Positions 18,956 through 26,442 of a stretch of DNA of 43,276 nt are shown here, piece after piece. Positions within the stretch are counted from its first letter, which is position 1. Each line of letters begins with the position of its first letter. The notes below the pieces were generated by a model. That model did not search any database. It was not told the DNA's origin and saw nothing but the letters and a program-made list of their open reading frames with translations. A program made the position numbers and the translations under genes. Source of the stretch: Bordetella parapertussis. GTDB lineage: Bacteria; Pseudomonadota; Gammaproteobacteria; Burkholderiales; SG8-39. The stretch spans positions 1-43,276 of the forward strand of contig CAMCYY010000001.1 of NCBI GenBank assembly GCA_945885335.1, given 5' to 3'.

Positions 18956-19951
18956 TTATTCCAGCTCCGGCTGGATGCCGTTTTCGTTCACCAGCTTGCG
19001 CCAGCGCGTGACCTCGGTGAGCAGCACCTTCTGGAATTCAGCGGGCGAGGCACCCACGACAACAGTGCCGTCGTTGACAGTGGCGTACTGGGCCAGCACC
19101 GCCGCATCCTTGGCGTATTTCGCCGACTCCGCGCCCAGGCGGCTGAACACCGCGGCCGGCGTGCCGGCCGGCGCCAGTATCCCGCCCCAGGCCGTGTAGT
19201 CGAAGTCCGGTATGCCCTGTTCGGCCACGGTCTTGATGCCGGGGAGATAGGACAGGCGCTCCTTGCTCATGATGGCAATGATCTTGACCTTGCCGGCCTT
19301 GGCGAAGGGCAGCGCATTGAAGTAGCTGGCGGGCGATCCGTTCACCCGCCCGGCCACCAAGTCCACGAACATGGGGGTGGCGCCCTTGTAGTTCACGAAG
19401 GTGACCTTGGTCTTGGTCTCGCTGTGCATCCACTCGCCCATGAGGTGATACAGGCCGCCCGCTCCCGAGGTGCCGAAGTTGAACTTGCCGGGGTTGGCGC
19501 GCACGTAGGCGATGTATTCCTCGAAATTGTTAACCGGCATCGACGGATGCACCATCAGCACCGTCGGCCGCTTGATGGTCATGGTCACGCCCAGCAGATC
19601 CTTGAGAGGGTCGTAGGACAGATCCTTGTAGGTGGCGGCGGTGATGGAATAGCCCGAGGTGATCACCAGCAGCGTGTGACCATCGGGGGGCGACTTGGCC
19701 ACATACGCCGAGCCCACGGTACTGCCCGCGCCGGGCTTGAAGTCCATCACGAAGGGCTTGCCCAGCGCCTCGCTCATTTTCTGGCCCCACAGGCGGCCGT
19801 CCTTATCGGTGGTGCCGCCGGGCACATAGGGACTGATCAGGGTCACCGGCTTGGACGGGTAGCCGGCCTGGGCCTGGACGAACCCTGAAAACAGCGCGGC
19901 CGTTGCCGCAATCCAGGCCGCAATACATTTGCTCCGCTGCTGCTGTTCCAT
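18956..19951 (-). CDS. Bug/TctC family substrate-binding protein
   Basis: The ORF track extends to 20044, but ATG 19951 follows AAGGAGG and begins the signal peptide MEQQQRSKCIAAWIAATAALFSGFVQAQA. GYPSKPVTLISPYVPGGTTD follows. Confidence 0.88.
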   Translation of the reverse strand: MEQQQRSKCIAAWIAATAALFSGFVQAQAGYPSKPVTLISPYVPGGTTDKDGRLWGQKMSEALGKPFVMDFKPGAGSTVGSAYVAKSPPDGHTLLVITSGYSITAATYKDLSYDPLKDLLGVTMTIKRPTVLMVHPSMPVNNFEEYIAYVRANPGKFNFGTSGAGGLYHLMGEWMHSETKTKVTFVNYKGATPMFVDLVAGRVNGSPASYFNALPFAKAGKVKIIAIMSKERLSYLPGIKTVAEQGIPDFDYTAWGGILAPAGTPAAVFSRLGAESAKYAKDAAVLAQYATVNDGTVVVGASPAEFQKVLLTEVTRWRKLVNENGIQPELE

Positions 19952-20109
19952 GGTGCCTCCTTTGGGTGGAAGCGCCATCATCGCAGCACCGTCCGGGCAA
20001 GTCACGCCGCAGCGCGCAAGTGGGCGGTGCGGCGGCTCGGACAACTCCCTCTGGCGCGGCCTGATAGCATTCGCTCTGCACGGGGGTCCGCGCAGCGCGG
20101 GGAGGCGGC

Positions 20110-20373
20110 ATGGCGACAGTGAAAAAGACCGGCAAGAGAGAGAAGGTCCGCGCCGTATGGGAGCGCGGCTATTACTCGCACAGCTACTGGGCCGGGAAGA
20201 AAAAGCTCGGCACGGTCATGCTGGGCGCCAAGGGTGAGTGGGACGGCGTGTATCGCTGGCAGGCCGGCACCCACATTGGCGAAGCCACCACGCTGGCAGC
20301 CGCCAAGCTCGCCGTTGAACAGTCCGTTGCGTTTGGCGCAAGCCAGATGGGGCTGTTCGACGTTGCGGAATAG
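20110..20373 (+). CDS. Hypothetical small basic protein (87 aa)
   Basis: GGGGAGG lies 5-6 nt upstream of the ATG. GC3-rich codons run throughout. The N-terminus is Lys/Arg-rich, and I recognise no family. Confidence 0.55.
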   Translation: MATVKKTGKREKVRAVWERGYYSHSYWAGKKKLGTVMLGAKGEWDGVYRWQAGTHIGEATTLAAAKLAVEQSVAFGASQMGLFDVAE

Positions 20374-20403
20374 CCTGCGGCGAGGCATCGAACTTCCGAC
20401 GAT

Positions 20404-20472
20404 ATTATGATCATTTATAAAATTAACACACGGTTTATAACATGTTGACGGGTTTATTATGATCACGACAAT
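20404..20472 (+). promoter_or_regulatory. AT-rich putative promoter/operator with a direct decamer repeat
   Basis: ATTATGATCA occurs at 20404-20413 and 20456-20465. TTGACG (20445-20450) and GACAAT (20467-20472) are 16 bp apart, which is sigma70-like. The second decamer fills the spacer. Confidence 0.4.
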
Positions 20473-20490
20473 TTAGCAGACTCCGCGCTC

Positions 20491-21315
20491 GTGAGCTATC
20501 CCGCCTGCCCCAAGTGCGCACATGCGCCGCTGCCTGCGGACCAGGCCCTCCCTGCCGCCTGCCCGGCCTGCGGCCTCATCCTGGCGAAGTTCACGGCAGC
20601 CTCCGCCGCGGTGCCCGTGGCGCGTGCGCCGGCTGCAGGCACCGGGAATGGCCTTGTGTCATCCGACGCCCGCGAAGAAGCTGCGCATTCCGAAGCGCTC
20701 GAGCGCTTCATCGACCACCTGCGCTACGTCCCTGATCAGGTCTCCTCGATGAACTGGTGGGCGCGCATCGCCGGGCTCGTGCTGTTTGGCGCATGGACGC
20801 TGTGGATCTGGACGGACGTGGACATTGCCGGCGGCGACTCGGGCAGCCGCTTCCTGCACCTGGTGCTCACGCCTTTTCACGAGTCCGGGCACTACCTGAT
20901 CTTTCGCTGGTTCGGCCAGTTCATCATGACCCTGGGCGGCACGCTGGGGCAGCACCTGCTGCCCATCGTGCTGGGCGCGGCATTGCTCATGAAGAACCGC
21001 AACCCCTACGGCGCGGCGATTGCGCTGTGGCTGCTCGGCTACTCGCTGATCGACATGGGCGTGTACATGTACGACGCCTTCGATCCGCAGCTCATGCTGC
21101 TCGACGGCCGCACGGGCGCGGAGAGCGATGGTCACGACTGGCAGAACATCTTCGGCGACCTCGGCCTGTTGCGCCGCGCGCGCGACATCGGCCTGTTCTG
21201 GGGCTGGGTCGGTCATGCCGTGATGCTCGCCGGCATGGCCTGGGCGGCATGGATCGTGTGGCTGCAGAAGGCTAGGCTCAGCGACTCGCCGTTTGCGGAA
21301 GAAGATGTGCGCTGA
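20491..21315 (+). CDS. Zinc-ribbon membrane protein with HExxH and LDG motifs (site-2-protease-like putative intramembrane metalloprotease)
   Basis: 274 aa with a GTG start. The N-terminal CPKC-x14-CPAC ribbon is followed by an Ala/Pro linker and about 5 hydrophobic spans. HESGH (nt 20878-20892) lies in a span, and LLDG lies at nt 21097-21108. Confidence 0.65.
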   Translation: MSYPACPKCAHAPLPADQALPAACPACGLILAKFTAASAAVPVARAPAAGTGNGLVSSDAREEAAHSEALERFIDHLRYVPDQVSSMNWWARIAGLVLFGAWTLWIWTDVDIAGGDSGSRFLHLVLTPFHESGHYLIFRWFGQFIMTLGGTLGQHLLPIVLGAALLMKNRNPYGAAIALWLLGYSLIDMGVYMYDAFDPQLMLLDGRTGAESDGHDWQNIFGDLGLLRRARDIGLFWGWVGHAVMLAGMAWAAWIVWLQKARLSDSPFAEEDVR

Positions 21316-21435
21316 GGCGCGCGAGAAAGCCCGTCCCCATCCGCCAGCGCCGGACCTCCATTGAAAAAGCCGCCATACACACTCGGCGGCTTTTCCTGCA
21401 GGCAGTGATCAGCGACCCACCCAGAGCACGACAGC

Positions 21436-22428
21436 CTACTGCTTGACGATCACCGGCTGGATATCGAACACACGCTGGCTCTTTGGTTCTACCGTCACGC
21501 GCACCCAGTGAATGGCCGGGCTGCCAAACGTCTGCAGGCGGGTCAGGTTGGGCAGCAGCTTGGTCGGGCTGTAGAGCGGCTTGTCGACCTTGAAATAGTG
21601 GGTGTCGCCATGCACCAGCAGCACCTGACCGGCAAACTGCTCGGTCTGTGCAATCAGCGTCTCGACAAAGCGGCGGTAGCCGCTGAAGTTCGGCGCCAGG
21701 CTCTCATCGAGTTCTTCGGTCTCGGGAAGGTCAAAGCCCAGGTCCGCCTGCAGGACCACGACCAGTCCGCGCGACTTCTTCGCCTTTGCTTCGGCAAAGG
21801 CCTCGCGCAGCCAGGCGATGTTCGCGGCATCCCGCTCCGCGTACTCGCTGTTGGATGCATCGCACTGAACCTGCGTGCGGGCGCTCTTGTTCGTGCAGTC
21901 CTTCTCATTCAGAACCTTGTTGTTGTTGCTGCCCGGAATATTCAGGGTTGTGAAGACGATGCCCCCTTGCGCAAAGCGCGAGTTCTCCACGAACTTCTGC
22001 CCCAGCGCCCCCTGGCGCACCAGAGGGATGGTGCGCTGACCAAGGCTGCGCGTGGTCGGGATCATGGTCTTGCGAACATGGTCAAGGCGTTCCAGCGCAT
22101 CGAAGCCGCCGTTGTTCGTGCGATGGCAGTCGGTCCACTCATTGTCGCCGGGAACATAGACCACGGGCTTTTTCATCTGCGCGAACATGCCAAGTGCCTG
22201 CGTGTACACCACATCGTCGCACCTGGAACTGCCGTCCTTGATATCGCCGTCGTAGATCGAGAACGCGATGTCAGCCTTGTTGATGCTGTTCAACAGGGCG
22301 GGGATCCTGGTGTCATCCCCCGCCTTCTGGTAAGGCATGTCGCCCCACAGACCGAATGAAAATGACTGCGCCTGGGCTACGGTGGAGAAAAGGGAAAGCA
22401 GCAATGCTGCAAGACGAACATGGGACAT
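21436..22428 (-). CDS. Secreted calcineurin-like metallophosphoesterase
   Basis: The start is taken at ATG 22428 (signal peptide MSHVRLAALLLSLFSTVAQAQ). Motifs are GDMPY, YDGDIKDG, GDNEWTDC and VHGDTH. Confidence 0.82.
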   Translation of the reverse strand: MSHVRLAALLLSLFSTVAQAQSFSFGLWGDMPYQKAGDDTRIPALLNSINKADIAFSIYDGDIKDGSSRCDDVVYTQALGMFAQMKKPVVYVPGDNEWTDCHRTNNGGFDALERLDHVRKTMIPTTRSLGQRTIPLVRQGALGQKFVENSRFAQGGIVFTTLNIPGSNNNKVLNEKDCTNKSARTQVQCDASNSEYAERDAANIAWLREAFAEAKAKKSRGLVVVLQADLGFDLPETEELDESLAPNFSGYRRFVETLIAQTEQFAGQVLLVHGDTHYFKVDKPLYSPTKLLPNLTRLQTFGSPAIHWVRVTVEPKSQRVFDIQPVIVKQ

Positions 22429-22536
22429 GGGGGGAGGCTCCTTATTAGACGCCAGCTTAGTCACCCCGTGTGACACTTTCGCGTCAGGAGGCACGGCCAC
22501 GGATCACAGATCACAGAATCGTCTTCCGATCCCGTC

Positions 22537-22830
22537 CTACTTCCCCTTCTTCATCCGCTCTGCCAGGTCGGCAAACGGATTGAATTTTCCCGGCTGCGAC
22601 TTCGCCTCCCCGCCACCGCCTGCAGCGGCATCGATCATCTTGGCGTGTTCGTTCTCGTGGCAGTAGATGCACAGCAACTCCCAGTTGCTGCCGTCGGACG
22701 AGTTGCTGTCGTGATTGCCGTCCTTGTGGTGAACGGTGAGCTCCTTCAGCCGTGAATACGGAAACTCGCGCGCGCAGCGGCCGCAGATGTGGGGATAAAG
22801 CTTGAGCGCTTTTTCGCGGTAGGGGTCCAT
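22537..22830 (-). CDS. yajD: YajD-family HNH nuclease-fold protein
   Basis: 97 aa with CGRC...VHHKDGNHDSN...LCIYCHENEH, the HNH/zinc-finger pattern and size of YajD. Confidence 0.85.
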   Translation of the reverse strand: MDPYREKALKLYPHICGRCAREFPYSRLKELTVHHKDGNHDSNSSDGSNWELLCIYCHENEHAKMIDAAAGGGGEAKSQPGKFNPFADLAERMKKGK

Positions 22831-22848
22831 TGCAGTCTCACGCGGCCA

Positions 22849-24171
22849 TCATCCCGCCCCCTCACCCTTGCGCAGCAGTCGCTCGGTCAGGCGGGATTCG
22901 GGAACAGGTTTCGGTTCGGTGCCCTTGCTTGCTGCCGGGGGTTTCCCGTGGCGCGGCAATGACAGCGCCAGCGGCAGGCCGGCAAGGCCCACGCACAGCG
23001 ATGTCACCAGTGACACCGTGTAGCTGCCGGTGAAGTCATACAGCGCCCCGCCCAGCCAGCCGCCCAGCGCCATGCCGAGGCCGGCACCCACCATCTCGAA
23101 AGAATAGATCGAGCCCAGCGGCGCCTTGGCACCGAACAGCTGCTTGTTGATGATGGGAAAGCCCACCATCTCGCCGCCGTAGCAGAGGCCGAAGATCACG
23201 GCGAACAGATAAAAACTCCAGGGCCCGTCTGCAAACAACAAGATGAGCACCGGCAGGCTCTGGCCAAGCAGCGAAAGCGAGAGCGTGAAGCGGCCGCCGA
23301 GATAATCGGCCATCACCGAGAACGCCACGCGGCTGATCACCGAGACGCCGGCGATCGTGGCGAGCACGCCCGCCGCCTCAACACCCGGGATGCCCTTGCT
23401 GGTCGCCATCGACACCACCTGGGTCAGGATGATGGCGTGCGATATGCAACCGATATGGTGAATGCCGGCCAGCTTCCAGACAATGCGCTGCCTGAGTATT
23501 TCGCGCAGACTTACCGGTAGTGCGCTCGCTTCGGCAGCGGTCTGTGCCGGGGCCTCTTCCGCGCCATAGGCCGTCAATCCCCTGTCCGCCGGACTGTTGT
23601 AGATGAACAGCGAAAAGAACGCGAGGATGCAGCCCAGCATCACGCCGATCAACTGGAAGGTATGGTCCCAGCCCTGGGTTTCGAGCAGCCAGCGGAACAG
23701 CGGCGCGAAGATCACCGGGCCCATGCCCTGGCAGGCGAAGTAGATGCCCATCACGATGCCAAGGCGCGCATGGAACCAGCGCGTCATGATTACCGGCAAC
23801 AGCACGCTGTAGGCCGCATGCCCCATGGAGCCGACAAAAATGCCGTAGATCACATAGAAGTGCCACAGCTCGCTGATGCTGCCAAGCAGTATCGTGCCCG
23901 TGCCGATCAGCACGGCCGCGCCCAGCATCAGCCGGCGCGCGCCATAACGGTCACCCAGCCAGCCCATCACGACTACTGCCGGCAGGCCCGCCAGAAAGGC
24001 CAGCGAATAGGCAAATGAAATGTCGCCGCGCTTCCAGCCGAACTGCCCCACCAGCGGATCGATGAACACGCCGAACGAAGCCTGGTCGGCACGCGCCACG
24101 ATGTTGAGAATGCCCGCGGCCGCGAAAACGACCCACGCGTAGTGAATGCCAAACTTTTTGAGATGTGCCAT
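22849..24171 (-). CDS. MFS transporter (oxalate/formate-antiporter-like)
   Basis: 440 aa with 12 hydrophobic spans and GWLGDRYGARR motif A. It ends 18 nt before the yajD start. Confidence 0.85.
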   Translation of the reverse strand: MAHLKKFGIHYAWVVFAAAGILNIVARADQASFGVFIDPLVGQFGWKRGDISFAYSLAFLAGLPAVVVMGWLGDRYGARRLMLGAAVLIGTGTILLGSISELWHFYVIYGIFVGSMGHAAYSVLLPVIMTRWFHARLGIVMGIYFACQGMGPVIFAPLFRWLLETQGWDHTFQLIGVMLGCILAFFSLFIYNSPADRGLTAYGAEEAPAQTAAEASALPVSLREILRQRIVWKLAGIHHIGCISHAIILTQVVSMATSKGIPGVEAAGVLATIAGVSVISRVAFSVMADYLGGRFTLSLSLLGQSLPVLILLFADGPWSFYLFAVIFGLCYGGEMVGFPIINKQLFGAKAPLGSIYSFEMVGAGLGMALGGWLGGALYDFTGSYTVSLVTSLCVGLAGLPLALSLPRHGKPPAASKGTEPKPVPESRLTERLLRKGEGAG

Positions 24172-24306
24172 GGGGTCGCTTTATGTCAGTTCTTCTGATG
24201 CGAATCGGGCCCGGCTGCTGCACGCATACTAACAGCCTGCCCAATATTGGCCGCCCGCGCCCGCCGTGGCGGGCGGCGTGGAAAACGGCGTAATATCGGC
24301 ACCATC

Positions 24307-24468
24307 ATGAAACACCTTCTCGTGGCCCTGTTCATCGCAGCCATCGCCGGCGTGGAGTTCCATCACGAGTGGTCCCACAGCGACATCCCCGGCGGCGTCT
24401 GCCTCGCACCTGAATCGCAGAAGATCGCGATCAACGACCTGCTCATCCAGCACCTCAGAAGCCACTGA
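24307..24468 (+). CDS. Hypothetical small exported/His-rich peptide (53 aa)
   Basis: From ATG 24307 it reads MKHLLVALFIAAIAGVEFHHEWSHSDIPGGVCLAP.... About 85% of codons end in G/C, like genuine genes here. No clear SD is visible. Confidence 0.4.
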   Translation: MKHLLVALFIAAIAGVEFHHEWSHSDIPGGVCLAPESQKIAINDLLIQHLRSH

Positions 24469-24485
24469 GTTTCAAACCCCCTTGT

Positions 24486-24533
24486 CCCCCTTGTTAAAGG
24501 GGGCCGACGGGCCGCAGGCCCCGGGGGGATTTC
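24486..24533 (-). repeat. Family C double-hairpin element, copy C1
   Basis: The reverse complement reads AAATCCCCCCGGGGCCTGCGGCCCGTCGGCCCCCTTTAACAAGGGGG, the same architecture as C2-C4. Confidence 0.85.
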
Positions 24534-24634
24534 ACTGCGCCAAATCCCCTCTGTCGTCCTTGTCGCCCACCCGGGCAAGCTACAATCTCCGCGACATTTC
24601 AGAACAACGACAAACAACCGAAAAGGAGAGACCC

Positions 24635-25192
24635 ATGGCCGAGAAACCCACCTTCGGACGCTACGCCGAAATCCCCTACGACCAGATGACGCCCGAGCAG
24701 CAGGAAGGCTTCAACGTGCTCATGGAAACGCGTGGCAAGCTCCCGGGGCCGGCGAAGATCTATGTGCACAACGCCAAGCTCGCCAAGGTGCTGGGGCCGC
24801 TGGGCAAACATTTCCGCACCGAATACTCGCTGAGCACGCGCGAGCGTGAAATCGTCGTCATCATCTTCTGCGCCAAATTCAACACGGCCTATGCCACCGA
24901 CGCGCACGAAAAGCACGCCAAGAAAGCCGGCCTGCCCGCCGACAAAGTCGAGGCCATCCTGTCGGGACTGACCACCTCGTTCGATGACAAGCGCGAGCAG
25001 GTCATCTACGAGATGTCAGTCTGCCTCGCCGAGTCGCGCTGGGTATCGAAGGGCCTGTTCGATCGCGCCATCGAAGCCCTCGGCCATGTGGGCGCCACCG
25101 ACGTCATCGCCCTGGGCGGCTTCTACGCCACCGTAGCCATGACCCTGGCCTTCTACGACGTGCCGGCCGGCGCCGCCGGCATGGCGCGCTAA
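24635..25192 (+). CDS. Carboxymuconolactone decarboxylase (AhpD-like) family protein
   Basis: The start is ATG 24635 behind AAGGAGAG. The upstream part of the 24482 ORF runs through repeat C1. It is 185 aa, all-helical-looking, with the typical CMD size and layout. Confidence 0.7.
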   Translation: MAEKPTFGRYAEIPYDQMTPEQQEGFNVLMETRGKLPGPAKIYVHNAKLAKVLGPLGKHFRTEYSLSTREREIVVIIFCAKFNTAYATDAHEKHAKKAGLPADKVEAILSGLTTSFDDKREQVIYEMSVCLAESRWVSKGLFDRAIEALGHVGATDVIALGGFYATVAMTLAFYDVPAGAAGMAR

Positions 25193-25235
25193 CCCCCCCT
25201 CGATGTGAAAATTCCCTCCCCTGCGAAGCGGGGGG

Positions 25236-25319
25236 GGGGTGAGACAGGAGTTTCGAGTAGCATGCTACTCGCCTGTCGAACGGCATTCCAGTGCAACGGA
25301 ATGCGCGCCCTGCAAGGGG
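25236..25319 (+). repeat. Family D structured element, copy D1
   Basis: GACAGG-agttt-CGAGTAGCATGCTACTCG-CCTGTC, then GCATTCC-agtgcaac-GGAATGC, then GCGCCCTGCAAGGGG. It is collinear with 30917-30999. Confidence 0.85.
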
Positions 25320-25371
25320 AGGGTGGGGCGTTTTCAGCTCTTAACAAACCGCAACTCTTCAAGAACCCAAA

Positions 25372-25800
25372 TTGTCTACCCGCCCCCCCGCCCTCCCCCG
25401 CTACCTCCCCTGCCCCTGCCGCAGCGAAGAAGCCGACCCTCAGGCCTACACCGCCTGCTGCCAGGTCTGGCACAACGGCCTCACCGAAGGCAAACACGCC
25501 CCCACCCCCGAAGCGCTGATGCGTTCGCGCTACAGCGCCTACGCCGTCGGCCTCATCAACTACCTGCTCGCCACGTGGTATCCGGAAACTGCGCCGGGCG
25601 AACTGGAACTCTCACCGATCAAGTGGACAAATCTTGAAGTGCTGCACGCCGAGGAGACCGGCGACGCCGGTGTGGTCGAATTCATCGTGCGCTTCAAGGT
25701 GAACGGCCGTGCGCAGAAAATGCACGAGATCAGCCGTTTCGTGCGACAGACGGGGCGGTGGTATTACATCGACGGGCAGATGATGGCGGACGAGAAGTAA
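25372..25800 (+). CDS. ychJ: YchJ family (UPF0225, SEC-C motif) protein
   Basis: 142 aa with a TTG start, an N-terminal CPCRSEE...CC SEC-C-like cysteine motif, LMRSRYSAY, and an NTF2-like C-terminal half. Confidence 0.78.
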   Translation: MSTRPPALPRYLPCPCRSEEADPQAYTACCQVWHNGLTEGKHAPTPEALMRSRYSAYAVGLINYLLATWYPETAPGELELSPIKWTNLEVLHAEETGDAGVVEFIVRFKVNGRAQKMHEISRFVRQTGRWYYIDGQMMADEK

Positions 25801-25803
25801 GCG

Positions 25804-26430
25804 ATGGCACAACCGCCCGATGACCTGAAGCAGATCACCGCGAAAACGCTCGAACACTACAGCGAGCGCGCCGAACAATTCTGGGAAGGCACGCGCGACC
25901 ATGATGTGCGGCAGAACATCCAAGCGCTGCTGCGCCACATTCAGGGCGCCCCGCCCTTGCGCGTCCTCGACTTCGGCTGCGGCCCGGGGCGCGACCTGAT
26001 GGCCTTGCGCGCCCTCGGCCACGAACCCGTCGGCCTCGAAGGTTCAGCACCGCTGGCCGCCATGGCGCGCGAGCACAGCGGCTGCGAAGTGTGGAAGCAG
26101 GATTTTCTGGCGCTGAAACTCCCCGCCAATCACTTCGACGGCATTTTCGCGAATGCCTCGCTGTTCCACGTGCCCAGCCAGGAATTGCCGCGCGTGCTGG
26201 GCGAACTGCATGCCGCGCTCAAGCCACAGGGCGTACTGTTCAGTTCAAACCCGCGCGGGAACAATCAGGAAGGCTGGAATGGCGACCGGTACGGTGCGTA
26301 TCACGATCTCGAAGCCTGGCGCGCGTTTCTCGAAGCGGCTGCATTCTCGGAACTGGAGCACTACTACCGGCCACCGGGCTTGCCGGTTGAGCAGCAGCCC
26401 TGGTTGGCGAGTGTGTGGCGGAAGCTGTGA
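25804..26430 (+). CDS. Class I SAM-dependent methyltransferase
   Basis: 208 aa with the VLDFGCGPGRD motif I and a start 3 nt after the ychJ stop. Confidence 0.8.
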   Translation: MAQPPDDLKQITAKTLEHYSERAEQFWEGTRDHDVRQNIQALLRHIQGAPPLRVLDFGCGPGRDLMALRALGHEPVGLEGSAPLAAMAREHSGCEVWKQDFLALKLPANHFDGIFANASLFHVPSQELPRVLGELHAALKPQGVLFSSNPRGNNQEGWNGDRYGAYHDLEAWRAFLEAAAFSELEHYYRPPGLPVEQQPWLASVWRKL

Positions 26431-26442
26431 TGCGTGGCTTCT

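Noticed and set aside
21436-24171. The co-directional MFS, HNH (YajD) and metallophosphoesterase genes as a nuclease-based defence island.
   Set aside because: YajD is a widely conserved core protein of this size. The phosphoesterase has a cleavable signal peptide and so is periplasmic. No ATPase, methylase or other defence hallmark is present.
24482-24634. An N-terminal extension of the CMD-family ORF.
   Set aside because: It runs through repeat C1 (SPLLKGADGPQAPGGF). ATG 24635 has a strong AAGGAGAG SD.
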